DNA from: Candidatus Falkowbacteria bacterium RIFOXYA2_FULL_47_19
Lineage (GTDB): Bacteria > Patescibacteriota > Patescibacteriia > Patescibacteriales > UBA12075
Length of the DNA stretch: 64,000 nt
Direction: 5' to 3'
Assembly: GCA_001780275.1 (NCBI GenBank)
Contig: MFGB01000023.1
Span: 69,375 to 133,374, forward strand
Shown: in pieces, positions 35,798-43,431 of the stretch
How positions within the stretch are numbered: position 1 is the first letter of the stretch
How the letters are laid out: every line of letters begins with the position of its first letter
Notes under the pieces: generated by a model
The model's database searches: none
The model's input: only the letters and a program-made list of their open reading frames with translations
What the model was told of the DNA's origin: nothing
Made by a program: the position numbers and the translations under genes

Positions 35798-36049
35798 TTA
35801 TTTAATCGTATCACGCAAAAGATATTTTATCCTTTCTCTGCCCTGACCAGACTTTAAAAATTTCTCTTCCGTTCTAGCATCTTTTTCTGATTTGAAAACT
35901 TCATAATAGACCAAAACCCAGGGTCCATTATTGTTTGTAAAATCTGATTTTCGAAAATTATGTTCTTTTATCCGTCTTTTTAAATCAGAAGTAAATCATT
36001 TATATAACTTATTGTTTTTTTCGCTTTTTAGTATGTAAACATAGAACAT
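35798..36049 (-). pseudogene. Small GIY-YIG nuclease-domain gene (83 codons) with an in-frame TGA at the conserved YIG glycine; AT-rich
   Basis: Hand-translated: MFYVYILKSEKNNKLYK*FTSDLKRRIKEHNFRKSDFTNNNGPWVLVYYEVFKSEKDARTEEKFLKSGQGRERIKYLLRDTIK. The TGA is the complement of 35996-35998. It aligns with the Gly in the LY-x-G-x-T-x-D-L motif of the UPF0213/GIY-YIG family. Confidence 0.75.
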
Positions 36050-36061
36050 AACGAATTCAGC

Positions 36062-36109
36062 CCACTCCCCGCCCGAGGCGGGTCCGCCTTGGGCGGAAGC
36101 CACCTCTCC
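36062..36109 (-). repeat. Second copy of the tRNA-Ser 5' segment carrying the same 30-nt D-loop insert (direct repeat flanking the GIY-YIG gene)
   Basis: ccactccccgcccgaggcgggtccgccttgggcggaagccacctct is repeated at 35739-35784 and 36062-36107. This copy also includes the complete 5' end GGAGAGG. Confidence 0.85.
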
Positions 36110-36182
36110 ATGCCTATATTTTATTATTTCCCTGATTTATGCTATAATTACTATATAAAAATAATCAAAAAAAGTCAAATAT

Positions 36183-36683
36183 ATGGAGGATAATATTAAA
36201 ACCATAGATTCCGGCCGGGAATTATTCGGCTGGAGAGTGGATGAATTCATTAAACACGACCGCTCCCGCTCCTGGTATGCGAAAGCGATCATCATCGCTT
36301 TTTTAATGCTCCTTTTCGCCTTTTTGACATCTAACTTTCTTTTTGCTATTATTATAATAATTTTTGCGTTGATAATTATTCTGCACCATGACCGCGAACC
36401 GGAAAGAATCAGGGTCGGCGTAACCGACCAGGGAATTATTATCGGCCAAAGGTTTTATGATTATGATGAAATGAGGAATTTCGCCATTGTCTATAAACCC
36501 GGGCAGGGCATCAAAAACCTGTATTTCGAATTTAAAAGCGTTGTAAGGCAAAGGCTGTCGATTCCTCTGGAAGGCGAGAACCCCTTGCCAATCCGGGAAA
36601 ATCTGCTAAAATATTTACCGGAAGACAAAGAGCGGACCGATATACCGTTATCCGAACTGCTGTCAAAAATATTTAAATTATAA
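36183..36683 (+). CDS. Membrane protein, unknown function
   Basis: A TM hairpin (AIIIAFLMLLFAFLTSNFLFAIIIIIFALIIIL) followed by a soluble C-terminal domain. Confidence 0.55.
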   Translation: MEDNIKTIDSGRELFGWRVDEFIKHDRSRSWYAKAIIIAFLMLLFAFLTSNFLFAIIIIIFALIIILHHDREPERIRVGVTDQGIIIGQRFYDYDEMRNFAIVYKPGQGIKNLYFEFKSVVRQRLSIPLEGENPLPIRENLLKYLPEDKERTDIPLSELLSKIFKL

Positions 36684-36703
36684 TCTTTGATTCTTAAATA
36701 GAG

Positions 36704-36730
36704 GCAGGTGTCTTCTACCTGCTTTTTATT
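36704..36730 (+). terminator. Rho-independent terminator
   Basis: The stem is gcaggt / acctgc, followed by tttttattt. Confidence 0.7.
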
Positions 36731-36736
36731 TAACTC

Positions 36737-36808
36737 GCACCCGTCGTTCAACGGATAGGACACAAGATTGCGGATCTTGTAATCGAAGTTCGATTCTTCG
36801 CGGGTGCA
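36737..36808 (+). tRNA. tRNA-Arg (anticodon GCG)
   Basis: Hand-folded, 72 nt: acceptor GCACCCG/CGGGTGC; anticodon arm CAAGA-TTGCGGA-TCTTG; T-arm CGAAG-TTCGATT-CTTCG. Confidence 0.85.
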
Positions 36809-36928
36809 CATCTAAAAACAGGAACCTTTTGGTTTCTGTTTTTGTTTTAACTTGACACAATACAAAAAATATGCTAAATTTAAATATTAAAATTAAGCTT
36901 AAAATTGCTCTTAAAAAAGGAGGGGGCC

Positions 36929-37372
36929 ATGATAATTAAATTGCCCGGACAGTATTCCGGCGAAAAGATCATCGCGGCTTTCGACGAAGCCGCAACGTTT
37001 CAAGAAAATCCCGAAAAAAAATGGGAAACGGAAAAATTCGTCAAAGAATATCAATACGAACCCGGCTCCGTCAGGCAAACTGTCAGAAGCCTGGGCGTAC
37101 GTGCCCAGCCCTACTTTTTAAAAAAGAAATGGGGGCTTTGGGGCAAAAAAATCTGGAAGCTGTTTTACGACCTAAAGTTCACCTTAAAACCGGTAACTAT
37201 TTCCGAACTCTACGATGAGATTGATTTGTCTGTTCGCTACGTTTATGATGGCGATCAATACTTTGAATACGTGGCTACCGACCCCAGTAGTCCGGCGTTT
37301 GAGGATATCCGTCCGCAACTGGAAATGATTCTACAAAGATTCTACGACTTTCTCAAAACGCAAACCTCCTAA
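36929..37372 (+). CDS. Hypothetical protein
   Basis: The ATG is preceded by AAGGAGGGGG. The TTG start given in the ORF track is less likely. Confidence 0.5.
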   Translation: MIIKLPGQYSGEKIIAAFDEAATFQENPEKKWETEKFVKEYQYEPGSVRQTVRSLGVRAQPYFLKKKWGLWGKKIWKLFYDLKFTLKPVTISELYDEIDLSVRYVYDGDQYFEYVATDPSSPAFEDIRPQLEMILQRFYDFLKTQTS

Positions 37373-37397
37373 AATCGTAAAAAAATACCAAAAAAAT

Positions 37398-37421
37398 ACG
37401 GACACACCCTGTCCGTTTTTT
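37398..37421 (+). terminator. Rho-independent terminator
   Basis: The stem is acggaca / tgtccgt, followed by tttttt. Confidence 0.7.
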
Positions 37422-37462
37422 AATTCATAGAAATATCATTTATTTTATGCTAAAATATAATT

Positions 37463-39559
37463 ATGCTAACTTTAGATACTGACATAACTAAAATAAACCG
37501 TATCGGAGCGACTACCGCCAAACGCCTCTATTCACTCGGCATAAAAACGGCCCGGGACCTGCTTTTATATTTCCCTTATCGGTATGAGGATTTCCGGGCT
37601 CCGGCTCCGATCGGGGGGCTCTCAGCCGGACAATCCGCCAATGTGGTCGGGCAAATCGAGCATATTCACGGCCGGAGAAGTTTTCGCCGCCGCCTGTCCG
37701 TAACCGAAGCGATAGTTAACGACGGGACGGACAGCCTCAGGGTTATCTGGTTTAATCAGCCGTTTATCGCCCGTTCGCTCGCGGTCGGCGACCGGGTCTC
37801 TTTGGCCGGAAAGATCGAGGGCGATTACGGCGGCTTTATGATGAAATCGCCGGTTTACGAGAAAATAACCGCCGGGGGAGGCCTCCATACCCAGGGGCTT
37901 GTCCCGGATTACCATCTGACCTTTGGGCTTACGCAAAAGCAGATCCGGTTCCTCGTCAAAGAGGTAATCGATCTGGCTGATAAATTTCCGGACTATTTGC
38001 CCCCGGAAATCGTCCGCGGCCAGAACCTGCTTACCCTTGATAAAACCATAAAAAAAATCCACTTTCCCGATGACCTTAACGATATCGAACTCGCCAAAAA
38101 ACGTTTAGCCTGGGATGAGCTTTTTTTGGTTCAGGCGCGGTCGCAGCTGACGCGCCGGGAGCTAATGCTTACCCGGGCGAAAGCGGTAAAATTCAGGGAA
38201 AAAGACACAAAAACCTTCGTGGATTCCCTGCCTTTCCGCCTGACCGACGACCAGAAGAAAGCCGCCTGGGCGATACTTAATGATATGGAAAAAACCGAAC
38301 CGATGGCGCGCCTTTTGGAAGGAGACGTAGGCAGCGGCAAAACCCTGGTCGCCGTTATCGCCATGCTTAATGCCGCCCTGAACAAAAAACAATCAGTTCT
38401 TATGGTACCGACCGAGATCCTCGCGCATCAGCATTTTGCGGTTATTTCCAGGCTGCTTTCCGCCATGAAAATATCCGTCGGACTGATCACTAGAAGTAAA
38501 AAAGCCATTTTCCCGGAACAAACGGATAAAAAAATAAATTCTTCATTCATCATTCAAAATTCAAAAATCATCATCGGCACCCATTCCCTGATCCAGGAAA
38601 AAATCGAATTCAATGATCTATCTCTGGTAATAATAGACGAACAGCATCGCTTCGGCGTCGATCAACGCCGAATGCTGATGCAAAAAACATCTTCCCGATC
38701 GGCAACCGAAAACCGACAATCAAAAATCGAAAATCTCCCCCATTTATTATCCATGACCGCCACCCCGATCCCCCGGTCTCTGGCCCTGGCCTTATTCGGC
38801 GACCTTAACCTGTCCGTCATCCGGGAAATGCCCAAAGGCAGGAAGCCGATTACGACCAAGGTCGTACCGGAGGAAAAACGCGAAGCTGCCTATAAATTCA
38901 TCCGCGATCAGGTTAAAGAGGGCAGACAGGTATTCGTGATCTGCCCCTTGATCGATCCTTCGGACAAGCTCGGAGTTAAATCCGTCAAAGAAGAATTCGA
39001 AAAACTCGACAAAACGATATTTCCCGATCTACCTGTCGGACTGCTACATGGCCGCCTCAAACCGAAAGAAAAAGAAAAAATCATGGCGGATTTTCTCGAT
39101 AAAAAAACAAAGATCCTCGTGTCCACTTCGGTCGTCGAAGTCGGCGTGGATGTGCCCAACGCCACAATCATGATGATCGAGGGCGCCGACCGTTTTGGGT
39201 TGGCGCAACTGCACCAATTCCGCGGGCGGGTCGGCCGGGGAGAGAACCAGTCTTATTGTTTCCTCTTTGCCGAAAGCCGGGCTTTGAGAACCGCGCAAAG
39301 GCTTAGCGCGATGGAGAAATATTCGAGCGGCTTCGATCTGGCCAAGGTCGACCTTAAATTCCGCGGTCCGGGAGAGATTTACGGCACGGTCCAGAAAGGC
39401 TTTCCGGAATTCAGGATCGCGTCCCTCTTTGATCACGAGCTCATCGAAAAAACCAGCCAAGCCGCCGCCGCTCTCATAAAAAAAGATCCGGAGCTTAAGG
39501 AGTATCCGGAGCTTAAGGAAAAATTAGGGGAGTATGAGAAACGAGTGCATTTGGAGTAA
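37463..39559 (+). CDS. recG: ATP-dependent DNA helicase RecG
   Basis: Wedge/OB N-domain. Helicase motifs are GDVGSGKT, IIDEQHRFGV, MTATPIPR and QLHQFRGRVGRG. Confidence 0.9.
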   Translation: MLTLDTDITKINRIGATTAKRLYSLGIKTARDLLLYFPYRYEDFRAPAPIGGLSAGQSANVVGQIEHIHGRRSFRRRLSVTEAIVNDGTDSLRVIWFNQPFIARSLAVGDRVSLAGKIEGDYGGFMMKSPVYEKITAGGGLHTQGLVPDYHLTFGLTQKQIRFLVKEVIDLADKFPDYLPPEIVRGQNLLTLDKTIKKIHFPDDLNDIELAKKRLAWDELFLVQARSQLTRRELMLTRAKAVKFREKDTKTFVDSLPFRLTDDQKKAAWAILNDMEKTEPMARLLEGDVGSGKTLVAVIAMLNAALNKKQSVLMVPTEILAHQHFAVISRLLSAMKISVGLITRSKKAIFPEQTDKKINSSFIIQNSKIIIGTHSLIQEKIEFNDLSLVIIDEQHRFGVDQRRMLMQKTSSRSATENRQSKIENLPHLLSMTATPIPRSLALALFGDLNLSVIREMPKGRKPITTKVVPEEKREAAYKFIRDQVKEGRQVFVICPLIDPSDKLGVKSVKEEFEKLDKTIFPDLPVGLLHGRLKPKEKEKIMADFLDKKTKILVSTSVVEVGVDVPNATIMMIEGADRFGLAQLHQFRGRVGRGENQSYCFLFAESRALRTAQRLSAMEKYSSGFDLAKVDLKFRGPGEIYGTVQKGFPEFRIASLFDHELIEKTSQAAAALIKKDPELKEYPELKEKLGEYEKRVHLE

Positions 39560-39578
39560 GGCTTAATGGCATTCCACT

Positions 39579-39667
39579 GATTCGTGATTCGTGTAAATTC
39601 GTCGGTTATTCGTATTATTCGTCGCATAAACGAATTTCACGAATTTATAACGAATCTACACGAATCG
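39579..39667. repeat. ATTCGT / ACGAAT word array forming a long imperfect hairpin between convergent recG and mpg
   Basis: The sequence is gattcgtgattcgtgtaaattcgtcggttattcgtattattcgtcgcataaacgaatttcacgaatttataacgaatctacacgaatc. Confidence 0.85.
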
Positions 39668-39687
39668 ATTGGTCGCAACTGCCATAT

Positions 39688-40263
39688 CTATTTCTTAGAA
39701 ACAAACCCGTCCCCCTTAACATAGAACCGCCACAATTTTTCCTTATACTCGCCGGCATAGTCCACGCCTATCCTTGCGGCCCGCGCGACAAGCGGTTTTA
39801 TCCCTCCCTCCCGGTCTTCGATCCAAAGGCCGTGTTTTTTTACGAAAACCGGCAAACCGTTGAATGACTTATCTATCCGCAAGGCTTTGGTCAAGCGTGC
39901 CGGCCCGTCGAAACGACATTTGATATTTGACCGTTGATATTTAACATACGGTTCAACCGCCCTAATAAGCACGGCCGCCGGGTAACCCTCTTCTCCGGTA
40001 ACAATATTAAGCATGTAGTGCATCCCATAAGTGAAATAAACGTATATCATTCCGGGAGCGCCGAACATGACGGCATTGCGCGGAGTGCATCCCCGACTGG
40101 CGTGGCTGGCCAGGTCGCGGGGACCGTGATAAGCTTCGGTTTCCACTATCTTAAACCGTCCTATCGTTCCATCGGGAAGCGACCGCGCTAAAAAACAACC
40201 CAGAAGGTCCCGGGCGATTTTTAATGTATCTCGATTGTAAAATGATTGAGGCAGTATTTTCAT
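39688..40263 (-). CDS. mpg: DNA-3-methyladenine glycosylase (Mpg/AAG family)
   Basis: Motifs ARDLLGCFL, IVETEAYHGP.D.ASHA, GMIYVYFTYGMHYMLN and LIRAVEP. Confidence 0.85.
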   Translation of the reverse strand: MKILPQSFYNRDTLKIARDLLGCFLARSLPDGTIGRFKIVETEAYHGPRDLASHASRGCTPRNAVMFGAPGMIYVYFTYGMHYMLNIVTGEEGYPAAVLIRAVEPYVKYQRSNIKCRFDGPARLTKALRIDKSFNGLPVFVKKHGLWIEDREGGIKPLVARAARIGVDYAGEYKEKLWRFYVKGDGFVSKK

Positions 40264-40272
40264 TGCTACGAC

Positions 40273-40305
40273 GGGCAGAGACGCGATTAATCGCGTCTCT
40301 ACCGG
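40273..40305. repeat. Hairpin CCGGTAGAGACG-N-CGTCTCTGC (copy 2, opposite orientation); it overlaps the radA stop
   Basis: The sequence is gggcagagacgcgattaatcgcgtctctaccgg. On the minus strand the radA codons ACC CGG TAG form the start of the motif. The mpg ATG is ~10 nt downstream. Confidence 0.8.
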
Positions 40306-41642
40306 GTTATCTTCTTAACGATCTCTTCCAGTTTTTTCACTTTCGTCAATTCAATTCCATCGACTTTGGCGTTAAAGTCAGGAATTATCGCTTTAGTAAA
40401 ACCGAGCTTCCGGGCTTCATCAAGCCTGGCCTTAAGCTTACCTATGTTGCGAACCTCCCCGCCCAGGCCGACCTCGCCCAAAACGATCGTCTTGCGGTCA
40501 ATCGTCTGGTTTAAAAGAGAAGAGCTGATCGCTAAACAGACGGCAAGGTCCAGGGCGGGGTCGCTTACCTTAAGCCCGCCGACAATATTTAAAATAATAT
40601 CCTGGTTGCTTAAATTTATCTTGGCGCGTTTAGTAAGGACGGCCGACAAAACCTGCAGCCGGTTAAGATCGAAGCCGGAGGCTTTCCTCTGAGGGTAGCC
40701 GAAAACGGTCTTAGTAACCAAGGCCTGAATCTCGACTAAAAACGGCCGCGTACCTTCCATTACGGAGCTTATGACCGTACCGGATATCGATTCCCCTTCC
40801 CCTAAAAAAATTCCGGCCGGATTCTTTATTTCCTTGAATCCTTCTCCGGTCATTTCGAATATCCCGAGCTCATTGACCGAGCCGAACCGGTTCTTAGTCG
40901 CCCGCAATATCCGGAAATCCCTGGCCGGATCGCTTTCCAGGTAGATTACCGTATCCACCACGTGCTCCAGCTGCTTAGGACCGGCGACGCCGCCGTCCTT
41001 GGTAATGTGGCCGACCAGTATCACGGCGATATTTCTCCGCTTGGCTATCTCGAGGAATTTTACGGCCGCCGCCCTGATCTGGTTTATGCCCCCGGCCTCT
41101 CCCGGCAGTTCGGAGGAATAGACCGTTTGCACGGAATCTATCACCGCTACCGACGGTTTAAGATCGATCAGGCCGGCGACTACTTTATCGACGTCGGTTT
41201 CGCCGATGAATTTGATGTTGCCGAGGCGACATCCGAGACGCTCCATCCGGTCCTTGACCTGTCCGGCCGATTCTTCGCCGCTAACGTAAACCGCTCCGCC
41301 CTGGCCGCTTGATCCGGCGATCGCGTCGGCTATCTGAGCGAGTATCGTCGACTTTCCTATGCCCGGTTCGCCGGAAATAAGCGTCAGCGACCCCCTGACC
41401 AAGCCTCCGCCCAAACAGCGGTCAACCTCTCCTATCCCGGTAGGGATCCGAATGAGCCCGCCCTCTTTTATCTTATCCAAATCGATCGCTGGCGCCGGTT
41501 CCGCCCGTATTTCTCCGTTTTCTCCGGTGTTTCCGGCCGAAAGCGTTCCCCAGCCGCCGCATTCCAAACAACGCCCATTCCACTTAGAGAATTGGGCGCC
41601 GCATTTATTGCAGGAATAAATTGTTTGGGTGTTGTTGGACAT
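40299..41642 (-). CDS. radA: DNA repair protein RadA/Sms
   Basis: N-terminal zinc ribbon (CNKCGAQF..CLECG), Walker A (GEPGIGKST), the KNRFG motif and a Lon-like C-terminal domain. Confidence 0.9.
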   Translation of the reverse strand: MSNNTQTIYSCNKCGAQFSKWNGRCLECGGWGTLSAGNTGENGEIRAEPAPAIDLDKIKEGGLIRIPTGIGEVDRCLGGGLVRGSLTLISGEPGIGKSTILAQIADAIAGSSGQGGAVYVSGEESAGQVKDRMERLGCRLGNIKFIGETDVDKVVAGLIDLKPSVAVIDSVQTVYSSELPGEAGGINQIRAAAVKFLEIAKRRNIAVILVGHITKDGGVAGPKQLEHVVDTVIYLESDPARDFRILRATKNRFGSVNELGIFEMTGEGFKEIKNPAGIFLGEGESISGTVISSVMEGTRPFLVEIQALVTKTVFGYPQRKASGFDLNRLQVLSAVLTKRAKINLSNQDIILNIVGGLKVSDPALDLAVCLAISSSLLNQTIDRKTIVLGEVGLGGEVRNIGKLKARLDEARKLGFTKAIIPDFNAKVDGIELTKVKKLEEIVKKITR

Positions 41643-41831
41643 GACTATTTAGATATCTATCACTTGCGAATTGTAACCGCGATATTGAATATTATAATTT
41701 TAGTTAATACGGATCTTCACGTTTAGCGAAGGTTATATGTTTTTCTTTTCTATATTCTCCGTTGATAATGGATATTGGGATATTATTAGCGGCCTGAGCA
41801 TTTAATATAAAACGATACAACTTAAAATTGT

Positions 41832-41862
41832 AGCATAATATCCAATATCTAATATCCAATAT
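41832..41862. repeat. 31-bp exact repeat (copy 1) of the GATATTGG word family
   Basis: agcataatatccaatatctaatatccaatat is identical to 48480-48510. The inverted partner ggatattgggatattat lies at ~41770. Confidence 0.85.
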
Positions 41863-41890
41863 CCGACATCAATAACGCTCAAGATAACGA

Positions 41891-42670
41891 TTATTCCGCC
41901 GGGACATTCTTGTCCGCCTTCTCCAATTCTATTTTAACCATCTTCTCCAGATCTTCATAGCTTATCTCTCCCATCACCTCCTGATCGTTGACATACATGA
42001 ACGGAATGCCGTTGATCCCGAGCGCGTCGGCTTCTTCTATGTTGTCGTATATCGCTTTTTTCGGCCGGGACGCGTCCAGGCATTCGTCGAAATTACCCCG
42101 GTCAATGGATATCGTGTCGGCTATCTTATCGAAAGTTTCCCGGCTGAAATCGGCGTTATATTCATAAAGGAAATCGTGATAGGGCCAGAACGCTCCCTGC
42201 TCGAAGGCGCATCTGGCGGCCAGGGCGGCCCGGAAAGAAGCGGAGCCCTGGTCATTCTCGGGATAGTCTTTCCAGACCAACTTTGTCTTGTATTTATAAT
42301 TCTGGAGTATTCGCTTTAAAATCTGCTCCTGTTTCCGGCAAAAATCGCATTCAAAATCGGCAAAATAGACGATCACGACCGGGGCGTATTTGTCTCCCGT
42401 GCTGGGGTCCAGGTCGGTTATTATCGGCCCGGCAAGCATGTCTTTAAGCGACGGATTTTTAGTGATGTAGGGATCGTCTTCGGTGTAATCCGTGTTGATA
42501 TAGATTTTTTCCGATGACGGCTGGCTCATCGCGATGTTCGCCTCCATATTACGGTAGCCCCACTCGAGCTTCCAGAACAGCAGCAAGACACCGATCACCA
42601 AAAACGTTCCTAATGACGCGGACACGAAAAGCGGAACTGTATATTTATTACCTTTAGATGATTTTAACAT
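41891..42670 (-). CDS. Membrane-anchored DsbA-family thiol:disulfide oxidoreductase
   Basis: An N-terminal TM segment, a CxxC motif (FADFECDFCRKQ), a thioredoxin-fold length and GINGIPFMYV. Confidence 0.7.
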   Translation of the reverse strand: MLKSSKGNKYTVPLFVSASLGTFLVIGVLLLFWKLEWGYRNMEANIAMSQPSSEKIYINTDYTEDDPYITKNPSLKDMLAGPIITDLDPSTGDKYAPVVIVYFADFECDFCRKQEQILKRILQNYKYKTKLVWKDYPENDQGSASFRAALAARCAFEQGAFWPYHDFLYEYNADFSRETFDKIADTISIDRGNFDECLDASRPKKAIYDNIEEADALGINGIPFMYVNDQEVMGEISYEDLEKMVKIELEKADKNVPAE

Positions 42671-42724
42671 AAAATATAATTTAACCTTAATTATCCGCTT
42701 ATAATGGATTAAATCCGATCAAGG

Positions 42725-43390
42725 CTACTTAGCCTGCCAATTGGCGCTGTCCACTTTCCAGGCGCCCATTTCTTTCGTGAAATTTATTATTATATCCTGG
42801 TCGAAGGACCGGGAAACGTTACTGGTCGAACTGGCGGCCTCCCGCCGGATAGTTCTAACGAGGACGCTCGCTTCCCCGGTGTAATCATCAAGATCCATGA
42901 TCTCCTGGGTAACCGCCTTAGTGACGATGCCGTAATACAGGCTGTTATCGATCCCCTTTTTTTGTTCGCCGGCGACAAAGGTATCGGCCCAATTCTTCAT
43001 GCGCTGACTCATGAATATTTTAAGATCGGTAACATTGCTGAAATTCGACTGGTTGGAGTAACTGCCGAATCGTTCGGAAAAAGAAGCCGCCATCCGCAGA
43101 AGATCATATTTACCGGCGTAATCGTCCCCCGGTTCTTTCGTTATCACCACTTCTTTTTCCCCGGTCTTCTCGACCGGATTTTCGGTAACGACTATCTTTT
43201 TGGGCTCTTTTACGACCTGGACGGTATTTTCCACCGGGATGACGGTATTCGTTACGCTTGCCGGCTGCTTCCTCCACCTGCCTAAAAAATCATAGAAAGA
43301 AAACCCGTCGAAAAAAATAACGTAAACCACTCCGCCAAGAAGCAGGATACCTAATAATATTATGATAACGCCTATTAACCGTCTTTTCAT
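42725..43390 (-). CDS. N-terminally anchored protein, possible VirB8-like (NTF2-fold) T4SS component
   Basis: A single N-terminal TM segment (LIGVIIILLGILLLGGVVYVIFF) plus a ~130-aa C-terminal domain. It lies directly downstream of the VirB4-like gene. The assignment is positional and topological only. Confidence 0.3.
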   Translation of the reverse strand: MKRRLIGVIIILLGILLLGGVVYVIFFDGFSFYDFLGRWRKQPASVTNTVIPVENTVQVVKEPKKIVVTENPVEKTGEKEVVITKEPGDDYAGKYDLLRMAASFSERFGSYSNQSNFSNVTDLKIFMSQRMKNWADTFVAGEQKKGIDNSLYYGIVTKAVTQEIMDLDDYTGEASVLVRTIRREAASSTSNVSRSFDQDIIINFTKEMGAWKVDSANWQAK

Positions 43391-43431
43391 ATTAGTGAGC
43401 TTTAAACAGGATCGTATTTACGCTTCCCGGC

